Below are positions 44,663-53,243 of a stretch of 64,000 nt of DNA, piece after piece. The first letter of the stretch is position 1; every line of letters starts with the position of its first letter. The notes under the pieces are model-generated. The model searched no databases and was not told where the DNA came from. It saw nothing but the letters and a program-made list of their open reading frames with translations. This stretch comes from a virus: IMG/VR virus record IMGVR_UViG_3300017963_005353, positions 1 to 64,000 of that record; one strand, given 5' to 3'. A program made the position numbers and the translations under genes.

Positions 44663-45395
44663 GCTTGTGCCCTTCCTTGAGCCACCATTCGGCTGCGCTT
44701 GCATCGAGCAGGTTGTGAATATCCCGGCCGGCAAGCCAGGTGCGAACGATAGGCTTGCACTTTTCGCCCATCCACCACCAGGGGCTCACCGTGTCGTCCT
44801 TATGCCCCGCGCACCTGGCACGAAAGGCCCACAACCCTTGGTCGAAATAGTAGGCCAGGGGATAACTCTGACGGTTTGTAGATTGTTCCGGCGATGCTCC
44901 CGCAAGGTGCTCCCGCCCAGGGTAAACAGTCAAAAGCCCGTTCTCACCTATGGCGAGCGACCGCAAGGGGTGATCGTCCTGTGCCTGCCACACACTCATC
45001 ACGCTGTCCAATGTGGGATCATCCTCCAGCATCTCCAGGGCGCGATCCACGAGCGGGGCGTCAATCATCACCCCGTTGCCGATCATGATGACCACGTTTT
45101 CCAGGGCGTTGTGCTGTTCCCAAACCTTTCTCACGGCAAAGGCAATGGCGTCTCCGTGGTTTGCATCCGGGGCGGTGAGCACTTCTGGCTCCCAGATGGT
45201 TTGTGCGCCATATTCACCGGCCAGGGCCGCGATGATATTGGAATCGGTGAGGCAAAACACACCTTCCACTCGATCAGCCGTTGCGGCAGCGGCTAGAGCA
45301 TAGATCACGCAGGGAAGGCCGGCGATGGGCATGATGTTCTTCCGGGGGATGCTCTGGCTCTGGCCTTTTGCAGTGATGATCGCCGCGTTTTTCAT
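44655..45395 (-). CDS. NeuA/KdsB-family cytidylyltransferase
   Basis: AIITAKGQSQSIPRKNI, TDS..I and DIH. Confidence 0.8.
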   Translation of the reverse strand: MKNAAIITAKGQSQSIPRKNIMPIAGLPCVIYALAAAATADRVEGVFCLTDSNIIAALAGEYGAQTIWEPEVLTAPDANHGDAIAFAVRKVWEQHNALENVVIMIGNGVMIDAPLVDRALEMLEDDPTLDSVMSVWQAQDDHPLRSLAIGENGLLTVYPGREHLAGASPEQSTNRQSYPLAYYFDQGLWAFRARCAGHKDDTVSPWWWMGEKCKPIVRTWLAGRDIHNLLDASAAEWWLKEGHKHG

Positions 45396-46372
45396 GCTGC
45401 CCCCTTTTGCAAACTGAAAGCCAGTTGCATGGCTCGTTTGGCATCTACAATGGACGCCATAGCAACGGGTTTTCCAGATTCAACCGCTTGACGAAACAGG
45501 TTCACTTCCCTGTGGAACGAATTGTTTGTCTCAAAAGTTTTTGTTTCAATGTCGGCGCTGGCGTCTCTCGGAATGGCAACGTAAGTGGCAGGGCTGTACC
45601 GCCCGGAGGGGGAGCAAAACCCGTTCAACTGAACGTTGCCGTTTGACAGGCCAATCTCGATACCATAGGACGGTTGGCTTGAGGCAGAAAAGTGGACAGA
45701 GGCCGATATGCCGGTTTTTGATCTCAGTAATGCGAATACGTTGTCGTCTACGGGGCAAGGGAAATGGTGGGTATCTACCAGGGAGGTCAAGCCCTGCAAG
45801 GTCTCGAACTCCTCACCGGTGAACCAGTAGAGGAGGTCCAGCACATGTATGCCCAGGTCGAGCAAAACACCGCCCCCTGACAGGAGCGGGATCTGTCGCC
45901 ATAGGCCGGTGTGCCCGCTCGAGGTGTATTGCGCCCTGATCCATAGAGGTGTTCCATACCGGTGCTCCTGGATCGCCCGTTTCGCCAAAAGGACATGCTC
46001 ATGCCAGCGGTGGTTAAAGCCGAACATGAGCACCAGGCCTGGATGAGACCCCAGGGTATCATCCATCAGTCTCAAGTCTGACAAGTTGCGACCTGGGGGC
46101 TTTTCGCAAAATACATGCTTGCCCTGGTCCAAGGCCCAGGCCACAACCGAGGCTTGCACGTTGTTGAACGCACAGGCAAACACGGCGTCAATGTCTCGGC
46201 GGGCGCACAGATCACGGTAGTCTGTGTGAAACTGTGAAGGAGCAATCATATGAAATCTCCCCAACTGCCTGGGGTCAATGTCGCAGACGGCGCCAATCTC
46301 AATGCCTACCTGCTGGCAGCATTGGGCGCGGATTTGTCCCATTTTGCCCAGGCCCACAATACCGACCCTCAC
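45392..46372 (-). CDS. Gfo/Idh/MocA oxidoreductase
   Basis: VGIVGLGKMG, KHVFCEKP, GFNHR and SGGGVLLDLGIH. Confidence 0.9.
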   Translation of the reverse strand: MRVGIVGLGKMGQIRAQCCQQVGIEIGAVCDIDPRQLGRFHMIAPSQFHTDYRDLCARRDIDAVFACAFNNVQASVVAWALDQGKHVFCEKPPGRNLSDLRLMDDTLGSHPGLVLMFGFNHRWHEHVLLAKRAIQEHRYGTPLWIRAQYTSSGHTGLWRQIPLLSGGGVLLDLGIHVLDLLYWFTGEEFETLQGLTSLVDTHHFPCPVDDNVFALLRSKTGISASVHFSASSQPSYGIEIGLSNGNVQLNGFCSPSGRYSPATYVAIPRDASADIETKTFETNNSFHREVNLFRQAVESGKPVAMASIVDAKRAMQLAFSLQKGAA

Positions 46373-46390
46373 GGAAACCTCCTTGCCATA

Positions 46391-46419
46391 ATTATACCTG
46401 TTTGGCCGCTTTGCGTCAA
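46391..46419 (-). promoter_or_regulatory. Sigma70 promoter
   Basis: TTGACG-17 nt-TATAAT followed by an AAGGAGG RBS. Confidence 0.7.
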
Positions 46420-47504
46420 GCCCCCAGGAATTCAGCGATCTCAGTTGTGCTCAGTTCGGTTTCAAACATCTCGCCCGGCCCGTGAGTGAGGATAGCGTTG
46501 ACCACGCCCGGCTTGTTGCCCCGTTTTTTGTCCTGACCGAGAGCTTGAATCAAAGACTGGCCGGTCGGGAAGTCCACTCTAGAGCAAAACCCATGATAGA
46601 CATTCCTGGCAATCTGTGTCATTTCATGGCAGGTATCACGGCTCAGGTAGCCCTTTTCCCAGGAGATCTCACAGGCGATCTCAATGCCCCCGGCGACCGC
46701 GATGCCGTGGGGGATCTGTGGGTCAACCGCCTCGATGGCATGGCCGAATGTATGCCCCCAATTGAGCAGTCGGCGCACGCCTGTGTCTCGCTCGTCTTGC
46801 ATGATGTATTCGCGCTTGATCTGGAGCGTTGCCCTGGCAGCCTTGACAAGCTCATCGTGTGCATACTCCAGATCAGGGTCGAGCATGTTGCCCAAGGTGT
46901 CTTTGACCCATTTGTACCACTGTCCACCCTGCACCATGAAAAAGTGGAGCATCTCGCCTATCCCTGATAGTTGCTCCAGGTGGGGGAGCGTCAGGAGAAA
47001 TGAGCGGTCGATCAACACCACTTCAGGCGGCCAGATGGTGCCAATGATGTTTTTGTAGCCGCCCAGGTTGATGCTCGTTTTGCCCCCTATACAGCTATCG
47101 GCCTGGGCGAGCAAGGTCGTGGGGAAATAGACCCACTTGATGCCCCGCATATACACGCTGGCCGCAAACCCGCCCAGGTCCATAAGCGAGCCCCCACCGA
47201 CGACAAAGAGCCTGTTTTGGCGGGAGACGCCCTTTTCCAGGAACTCTGTTAGCAGGGAAACAACGTGGGTCAGGGTTTTTATCTGTCTACCCAGGCCCTC
47301 GAATGGTGGGCAGATAAAGGCTCTCTCAGCCTGTATGAGATCGTCAATCTGCTCTGAGTATCCATGGTAGATTGCGGGGTCGATCATCACCGGGTCCCCA
47401 GGGGCGATCAGGCTTTCCAGTGCATCGAGCCAATTGCCGGTTTCTTGTATGGTGTAGTCTTGCACCTGGCTTGAGATTGCCAGCTTGAACTCATTGTCGG
47501 ACAT
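46416..47504 (-). CDS. 3-dehydroquinate synthase (AroB)-family sugar phosphate cyclase
   Basis: GGG...DLGGF, PTTLLAQADSCIGGKTSIN, KN.IG, GEMLH, LLNWGHTFGHAIE and PHGIAV. Confidence 0.88.
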   Translation of the reverse strand: MSDNEFKLAISSQVQDYTIQETGNWLDALESLIAPGDPVMIDPAIYHGYSEQIDDLIQAERAFICPPFEGLGRQIKTLTHVVSLLTEFLEKGVSRQNRLFVVGGGSLMDLGGFAASVYMRGIKWVYFPTTLLAQADSCIGGKTSINLGGYKNIIGTIWPPEVVLIDRSFLLTLPHLEQLSGIGEMLHFFMVQGGQWYKWVKDTLGNMLDPDLEYAHDELVKAARATLQIKREYIMQDERDTGVRRLLNWGHTFGHAIEAVDPQIPHGIAVAGGIEIACEISWEKGYLSRDTCHEMTQIARNVYHGFCSRVDFPTGQSLIQALGQDKKRGNKPGVVNAILTHGPGEMFETELSTTEIAEFLGA

Positions 47505-48228
47505 TGTGAAACCCTCCATCTATAGTGATATTCTGTCCTGTGATGTACGTGTTCTCGTCGGAGCACAGCCAAACAACCAACCTGGCAATCTCCACTGGTT
47601 GAGCAAACCGACCAAGTGGGATCTGCAAGGCAAGTTCTCTTTGTTTCTGGGTCGTCAGGGTGCGGTCGGTGAGCTCTGTCTGAGTGAATCCAGGGCTGAC
47701 CATGTTCACCAGCACCCCATGGGGAGCCATATCAGCGGCCATGGCTCGGATCATGCCCGCCAGCCCCGCCTTGGTGGCAGCGTACACACTCCGCCCCGTC
47801 TTACCGGTCTCTGCCCAGATGGAGCCAATGTTGACAATATGCCCACCATGCCCTTGGCGTTGCATGACCCGACACGCAGCCCTGGCGATGCTGAATGGGG
47901 CAATCAGATTGACGCGCATAAGCATGTTGATCGTGTCGGTTTCGATTTTCCAGATGGGGGCATTGACGTTGGTGCCAGCGTTTTGGACCAGCACGTCTAA
48001 CCGGTCGAGAGTATGTAAAAAGCCCTCACACATTTGCAGAATGTGTTGGGCGTTGTTGAAATCACATCTCACATACCTGTCGAGCCATGCTGGACATTTG
48101 GGAAACCTGATCTTTCCGGTGCCAATAACCCGCGCTCCCCTCCCTTGGAGTTGGCTGGCGATGGCTTTACCTATACCCCTGGTCGCCCCGGTGACGATTG
48201 CCGTTTTACCGGTAAAATCCAGGCTCAT
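47491..48228 (-). CDS. Classical SDR oxidoreductase (FabG-like)
   Basis: TGATRGIG, NAG, YAATK, SPG and ITGQNITIDGG. Confidence 0.9.
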   Translation of the reverse strand: MSLDFTGKTAIVTGATRGIGKAIASQLQGRGARVIGTGKIRFPKCPAWLDRYVRCDFNNAQHILQMCEGFLHTLDRLDVLVQNAGTNVNAPIWKIETDTINMLMRVNLIAPFSIARAACRVMQRQGHGGHIVNIGSIWAETGKTGRSVYAATKAGLAGMIRAMAADMAPHGVLVNMVSPGFTQTELTDRTLTTQKQRELALQIPLGRFAQPVEIARLVVWLCSDENTYITGQNITIDGGFHNVRQ

Positions 48229-48707
48229 GGTGCCCTCGCTGATTCCAGGGCGATCTCGTTGGCCTCGGGATTGGGGAACATCATAGACAACAGACTTGCC
48301 GCATCCTCGAAAAAGGAATCGTCCTCGGCCACCTCACCGGCCATCTTTTGCACAGCCCGGCCTAGGGCAACCGCCCGGCCCAGGGCATAGCAGAACTGGC
48401 GGGGTTCGGCCTCGGCCCGATCGTGGTACGGGGCAAAGGCCAGGGAATGACGCGCCCGCTCGAACACGGCAACGCCACAGAATTTGTCGCCCTGTGGGGT
48501 CGTCAGCAGGCAATAGGTTGCCCCGCCCATAGGGGAAACGTGGGCCGGTCTGGATTCGCGATCCTCCTTGCCGTTGCGGTAGTACCGCCTCAAGAGCCAG
48601 GGGCCTTCGGCTGAAACATCACTGACCTGCCGGTAGTGGAAAAACCGCACGTCAATGCCCCGCTGTTGCAGAGCCTCCACCTCGGTGCCGACTTTCGATA
48701 CTTTCAT
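48225..48707 (-). CDS. Hypothetical phage protein
   Basis: AAGGA RBS; GGAT.C...QFC..LGR.VA..RA motif. Confidence 0.55.
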   Translation of the reverse strand: MKVSKVGTEVEALQQRGIDVRFFHYRQVSDVSAEGPWLLRRYYRNGKEDRESRPAHVSPMGGATYCLLTTPQGDKFCGVAVFERARHSLAFAPYHDRAEAEPRQFCYALGRAVALGRAVQKMAGEVAEDDSFFEDAASLLSMMFPNPEANEIALESARAP

Positions 48708-48973
48708 TATTCTGTCCTTTCTTCTTGTAGTTCGTCTCTGACAAACGGGTCGGGATGGGTGCTCATGGACTGTGGGGGATGTGATTGACCAGCGGTGAAC
48801 AACCACAGCTTTCCCCACAACAGGAACATGATCCTATCTTTCCACGAGCCTTTCCAAAGGGCAACCCGGAGTCTGCCGGTGTCGTGAACGGGTAGGGGTT
48901 GCTCTGGCGATGGCGACATGTGTTCCGGCACCATCATGGTTCGCGTGGTTCCTGAAAAATTGACCGGCTTCAT
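48707..48973 (-). CDS. Hypothetical phage protein
   Basis: MKPVNF...LPV...WK.SWKDR..FL..G..WL......HPP pattern. Confidence 0.6.
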   Translation of the reverse strand: MKPVNFSGTTRTMMVPEHMSPSPEQPLPVHDTGRLRVALWKGSWKDRIMFLLWGKLWLFTAGQSHPPQSMSTHPDPFVRDELQEERTE

Positions 48974-48986
48974 TTTCTCATCCTTA

Positions 48987-49430
48987 TCAAGGCATCAACA
49001 GGGGCGATACAAGTGAAATTGTGGTCGCTGTCGGCGTCCGGGTTGGAGGTGCTGGTGTGCTGGTCGGTGTGTATGTTGGGAGATGGGGATCGGGTTGGGT
49101 TGGATAGGGTGTGTGGGTAGGAATAAGTGTGAAGGTGGGAATGACGATGGGTGTGTGAGTATGGCGACAAGTGGGAGATGGGGCGGGCGTGTATGGGGCC
49201 TGGGTGGGCTGCGGGGTCGGTGTGCGGGGATCAAACGGGCATCGGTCGAACCAGTCCGCCTGATCCCTGTTCGTCGCCCCTGTTGATCTCTTTATCTCTT
49301 GTGTCAGTGTGGCGATAGACTTGTCATCCTCTTGGAGCGGGATGGCCGGGCTCACCACGAAAAAGGCCAGCACAGCCAGGAATACAGCAATGCACACTTT
49401 GCCTCCTCTAGGGAGCTTGTTCTGGGTCAT
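48987..49430 (-). CDS. Membrane-anchored Pro/Thr-rich protein
   Basis: N-terminal TM and a long TPTP/PT low-complexity tail ending VSPL. Confidence 0.6.
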   Translation of the reverse strand: MTQNKLPRGGKVCIAVFLAVLAFFVVSPAIPLQEDDKSIATLTQEIKRSTGATNRDQADWFDRCPFDPRTPTPQPTQAPYTPAPSPTCRHTHTPIVIPTFTLIPTHTPYPTQPDPHLPTYTPTSTPAPPTRTPTATTISLVSPLLMP

Positions 49431-49439
49431 GCTTGCACC

Positions 49440-50408
49440 TCACACTACAAACTGCCATGAGTTACCGAGCAAAGTGGGCTCTTTCCTGCCCTCCAGGATA
49501 GCCTTCACACCCTCGACGGCTTGCCTTTCCATCTCCTGGCGCGTCTCGGCCGTCCACGATCCCAGGTGCCGGGTCAGGACCACATTTGGAAAAGCGGCCA
49601 ACTGTCCCTGGTAGGGCTCTTGCTCGAACACGTCCAGCGCGGCGCCGGCGATGAGCCGTTCCTCCAGGGCCTTGACCAGAGCCTCTTCGTCCACCAGCCC
49701 ACCCCTGGCAGTGTTGACCAGGTAGGCAGTCTCTTTCATGCGTGTGAGCTCATCGCGCCCGATCCAGCCCAGGGTTTCGTCGGTCAAGGGGAGATGGAGC
49801 AGCAAAAAATCTGACCGCCCGATCAACTCATCCTTTGACACATACGTTAGGGCTGTACGCGCAGCCAGGTTTGTGTCTGGGGCCTTGTCATGTCCAAGCA
49901 GTTCGACATACCAGGGAAACAACAGCCTGGCGACCCTGGAGCCCACCTGTCCTACGCCAGCAATCCCGATGGCCTTGCCCCGAAGTAGGCTGCCAGCGAA
50001 CGAAACAGCCGGGGGCCACTCGCCACACCTGACCGCCCGGTCCGACAGGGAAATGCGCCGGGCCACGTCAACCATGAGCCCAATGGTGAGCTCTGCCACA
50101 GCAATGGCCGGGGCAGTGGGTGTGTTGAGCACCTTGATCCCCATTTGCTCACAAAGTTTCAGGTTCACGTTGTCTGTGCCGGTGCCGACCCTGGCGATGA
50201 CTTTCAGTTGATTGTTGCCACTGAGCAGGGCTTCGTTCACAGGCTCAGTGCCAGCAATGTACCCATCGCAGTCCATCAGGGCGGCCCGCAATTCGTCGGG
50301 CCGCAGCTTGTCAAAGGTGGGTTCGTCAGGATAGAGCACCTCGAAACCGTAGCTTGTCAAAAAGGCCCGGGCCTCAAGTCCGACCCGGGTGTTGATCAGG
50401 ATTCGCAT
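49440..50408 (-). CDS. D-isomer-specific 2-hydroxyacid dehydrogenase (phosphoglycerate dehydrogenase-like)
   Basis: RVGTGTDN, AVAELT, GVGQVG, HLPLT, NTARG, ALDVFEQEP and HLGS. Confidence 0.88.
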   Translation of the reverse strand: MRILINTRVGLEARAFLTSYGFEVLYPDEPTFDKLRPDELRAALMDCDGYIAGTEPVNEALLSGNNQLKVIARVGTGTDNVNLKLCEQMGIKVLNTPTAPAIAVAELTIGLMVDVARRISLSDRAVRCGEWPPAVSFAGSLLRGKAIGIAGVGQVGSRVARLLFPWYVELLGHDKAPDTNLAARTALTYVSKDELIGRSDFLLLHLPLTDETLGWIGRDELTRMKETAYLVNTARGGLVDEEALVKALEERLIAGAALDVFEQEPYQGQLAAFPNVVLTRHLGSWTAETRQEMERQAVEGVKAILEGRKEPTLLGNSWQFVV

Positions 50409-50410
50409 GG

Positions 50411-50929
50411 CTATTTCCCTCTGAGTTCCACACTCAAGGCAGTCAAGAGCCTGTCAACCGCCCAATTCGCAAAGGCTCTCCGGTCGTCCCAGTCAATGGT
50501 CGCCGTGGCGGGGTTGGCCTCCCGGTCGATGCCCACCAGGGCAGCAGAAATGCTTTCGCCATCTGGATAGGCAAGTGAGACGGTCGAATCATCGGGGGGC
50601 ATGTCGGGATCGAACAGGAGAAAATCAGGATGCAGGGCTCCCGACTTGAGGGCCTCTGTCAATTCATGGGCGTGCTCGCGCCCAACTGCCCCTTCCCACT
50701 TGGCACAATCGGGGCATACGTTCGCCCCAGGCAGCAGGTCGTGGGTCCAGCGCCCACACTCACAGCACCGGAACAGGCCAAGCCCCGCCAGGCCCTCTTT
50801 GACAACCCGGACCAGGAAGCGCCAGGGGTCCTCTTCCAGGGATTCAACCAGGTATTGCTCCAGGTTCCATTTCGTGCCCACCAGGGCAACTTCCAGCTTT
50901 TGCATCACTGTCGTCTGTCTCTCTGTCAT
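50411..50929 (-). CDS. Hypothetical Zn-finger protein
   Basis: AAGGAG RBS; CCECG...CPDC. Confidence 0.55.
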   Translation of the reverse strand: MTERQTTVMQKLEVALVGTKWNLEQYLVESLEEDPWRFLVRVVKEGLAGLGLFRCCECGRWTHDLLPGANVCPDCAKWEGAVGREHAHELTEALKSGALHPDFLLFDPDMPPDDSTVSLAYPDGESISAALVGIDREANPATATIDWDDRRAFANWAVDRLLTALSVELRGK

Positions 50930-50961
50930 GTCGTGTCTGCTCCTTTCTTTTGGTAGATTTG

Positions 50962-51588
50962 TTAGCTCCTGCATCGGCCACAGGTGCAATCGGGCGGCTC
51001 CCCGCTGTCCCAAGCGGCCAGTACCATCTTGGCCTTGGCGTCCAACGCTCGGCCGATGTTCTCGTCCGGGTAAACGTCGAACGTCCAAAACGGACAATGC
51101 TCCTGCCTGTCATTGGGAATGTCGCGGGCCATGTAGACCAGGACTGCGGATTGCCAGGGGCCATGCTGTAGGTATGCCTGGACCTGGGCGTGGTGGGTGT
51201 CGGGGAACACATTGTCTATGCGGAGGCGGGTGAAGGCTTGCCAGGTGACGGTCTTGATCTCGATGAGCAGTTGCCCGTCAAGGGTTTGAAAATCCACATG
51301 GCCCTTGTACCGGGCGTCAAACCCGGCGACGAGCTCCCCAGGGGGATACCGCTCGATCTCGGCCTGGAGCAGTTCGCCAATCGCGCCTTCTAGCATCACC
51401 CCAAGCCAGCTACGCCAATGCTCCCCATCGCGCAGGTCGGGACGGGGATTGGTCAACTCTCGGTACAATTGGCGGGGACAGTATCCGATCCTGGACATGC
51501 CCAGGTAGTCACGCTGGCGGACAAAACCCGACTGATTGCGGATGGCCTCGACCAGGGCCGCTTTCAAATCTCTGGCTTGTCTGATCAC
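50962..51588 (-). CDS. Cas4-like PD-(D/E)XK exonuclease
   Basis: SRIGYCPRQ, GHVD, IEIKT, QVQAY and a C-terminal CTCGRC (Fe-S-type Cys set). Confidence 0.78.
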   Translation of the reverse strand: MIRQARDLKAALVEAIRNQSGFVRQRDYLGMSRIGYCPRQLYRELTNPRPDLRDGEHWRSWLGVMLEGAIGELLQAEIERYPPGELVAGFDARYKGHVDFQTLDGQLLIEIKTVTWQAFTRLRIDNVFPDTHHAQVQAYLQHGPWQSAVLVYMARDIPNDRQEHCPFWTFDVYPDENIGRALDAKAKMVLAAWDSGEPPDCTCGRCRS

Positions 51589-51611
51589 GCTGATGCTCCT
51601 CTCTGCCCCCA

Positions 51612-51640
51612 ATTATACCCTAAAACGGCTGTTTTGTCAA
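51612..51640 (-). promoter_or_regulatory. Perfect-consensus sigma70 promoter
   Basis: TTGACA-17 nt-TATAAT. Confidence 0.8.
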
Positions 51641-52149
51641 AGTGCCGGATCGTATTTGACCCATGCTTTGGAATAAGGCTGCCCAGCAAAAAGACCCGCC
51701 AGCCCCGTCATCTGTTTTAATCGCAAGACCTCTTCAGCCTCCATGCCCAATTCCTTGGCAATGTCAATATCTGTCCAGCCAAGTTTTATCAGCTTAGTAA
51801 CCAGCATTGACATCAAGTCTACGTTATGGACTCCCCGTGCCCGATTCATTTCGATGGTGGCGGCCATCCGTTCTTTCATGTCCTTATCAATAACGACAAC
51901 GGGGATCTCTTTGCATTTGAACCTGTCGCGTAGAAGCACAAACCGATGGAAGCCGTCCACAACTATATAGATATCCTGAATCTCATCATAAAAAACCGTG
52001 ATCGCGTACACAAGCCCGTTGTTTTCGATAGACCGTGCCAGGAGTTCCATTTCCGGGGTGGCAACACGGTTTGGGTTGTAATCATTGGCGATCACTTTTT
52101 CAGTCGGCACAAACTTTGGTGCCATACAGGGAAAAGAAATCTTCGTCAT
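51637..52149 (-). CDS. ibrB: IbrB-like ParB/Srx-domain protein
   Basis: ANDYNPNRVATPEMELL..SI, VVDGFHR, ATIEMNRARG.H and GW....IAKELGM..EEVLRLKQ. Confidence 0.85.
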   Translation of the reverse strand: MTKISFPCMAPKFVPTEKVIANDYNPNRVATPEMELLARSIENNGLVYAITVFYDEIQDIYIVVDGFHRFVLLRDRFKCKEIPVVVIDKDMKERMAATIEMNRARGVHNVDLMSMLVTKLIKLGWTDIDIAKELGMEAEEVLRLKQMTGLAGLFAGQPYSKAWVKYDPAL

Positions 52150-53243
52150 AGTATTTCCATCCATTTCTCTAACGGGTTCTCTTTCTTCTTGACATTTGCG
52201 ACCGGGACGTTGTTCTCCCAGTCATTGATCTGTAACTGATGTACCTGTTGTCGATATACTCTCTCGTTTTCATTTTGCCCGGCAAACCTCTTGATAAATA
52301 CCTCCCTTGTTTCTTGTGGGATTGGCAGTGTATCGAGCAGAAAATCCCGATATGCTTTCCAGGTCTCGAAGCCGTGCGGCAACTTTCGTGCAGCAAAGAC
52401 CTGAGGCGATTTCCCATACCGCGCTGCAATGTGAACCCCCTTGACGCGCCGCACGATTCTCTCATAAGTATCGGGCTCAAACTCTTGCAGCGTCGCAAGG
52501 CATTTGTAAGCCTTCTCGTGGATGAGATTGGATACCCGCATCTCCGGGATATTGAACCCCTTCACGTACATCCAGTCATAGACGGGGTTGTATCTCAATT
52601 TCTCTGTCCCAATAAACGTCCAGACATCCTCAAATGTCCAGTCATAGATTGGGTACAGTTTCATGCACTCGCCACCGGTCGTCCTGGACGACCAATTGAC
52701 ACCTGGAATGGCTGGATTGCGCGTCACTGCGCTGTACCGATTCAGGCTTTCCTCAGAACGCAACCCCACCAGACTACATGAGTTTGGCCCCCAGTTGTTA
52801 TCTACCCACTCCATGATGCGGTAGAATCTATCTACCGGCAACGGATCTTTAATGGAAATGTCCACCTTCGGATGTATCCAATCAGCGCCAGGTTCCCAAG
52901 CATAGAGCCACTCATCTTCATACGAGGTGGCGTTCGTCATCCTGCAAGGAACCTGGTACCAGCAGGGCACGATGAGTTCCTTAGCCATAATGTCCTTGAT
53001 GATCTCGATTGTGGCAGCATATTCTGCCTCCTGATCGAGGAAAAAGACGTTGATTTTCCTGCCGCGCCTGATGGCCTCACGGTGGGCCAATTCAAACAGC
53101 ACCGTGCTGTCTTTGCCGCCAGAAATGCTAACACTGATCGTTTCGAAAGTATCAAAAATCCATTCGATGCGCTCTGTGGTAGCCTCCACGACGGTTTTTT
53201 GGAGATAGAGTTTACACGCATTGGGGCTATGTCCTAGTTGCAC
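52146..53243 (-). CDS. ibrA: IbrA-like PAPS-reductase-domain (DUF3440) protein
   Basis: SISGGKDSTV, FLDQEA, VGLRSEESLNR, YPIYDW..EDVW, YNPVYD and MRVS. Confidence 0.85.
   Translation of the reverse strand: MQLGHSPNACKLYLQKTVVEATTERIEWIFDTFETISVSISGGKDSTVLFELAHREAIRRGRKINVFFLDQEAEYAATIEIIKDIMAKELIVPCWYQVPCRMTNATSYEDEWLYAWEPGADWIHPKVDISIKDPLPVDRFYRIMEWVDNNWGPNSCSLVGLRSEESLNRYSAVTRNPAIPGVNWSSRTTGGECMKLYPIYDWTFEDVWTFIGTEKLRYNPVYDWMYVKGFNIPEMRVSNLIHEKAYKCLATLQEFEPDTYERIVRRVKGVHIAARYGKSPQVFAARKLPHGFETWKAYRDFLLDTLPIPQETREVFIKRFAGQNENERVYRQQVHQLQINDWENNVPVANVKKKENPLEKWMEIL

Noticed and set aside
46416-50408. aroB/fabG/serA as auxiliary genes for amino-acid or fatty-acid metabolism
   Set aside because: No partner pathway genes are present, and the context is cytidylyltransferase and GTs; family-level calls were kept instead
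50962-51588. Cas4 as part of a CRISPR-Cas locus
   Set aside because: No other cas genes or array in the window
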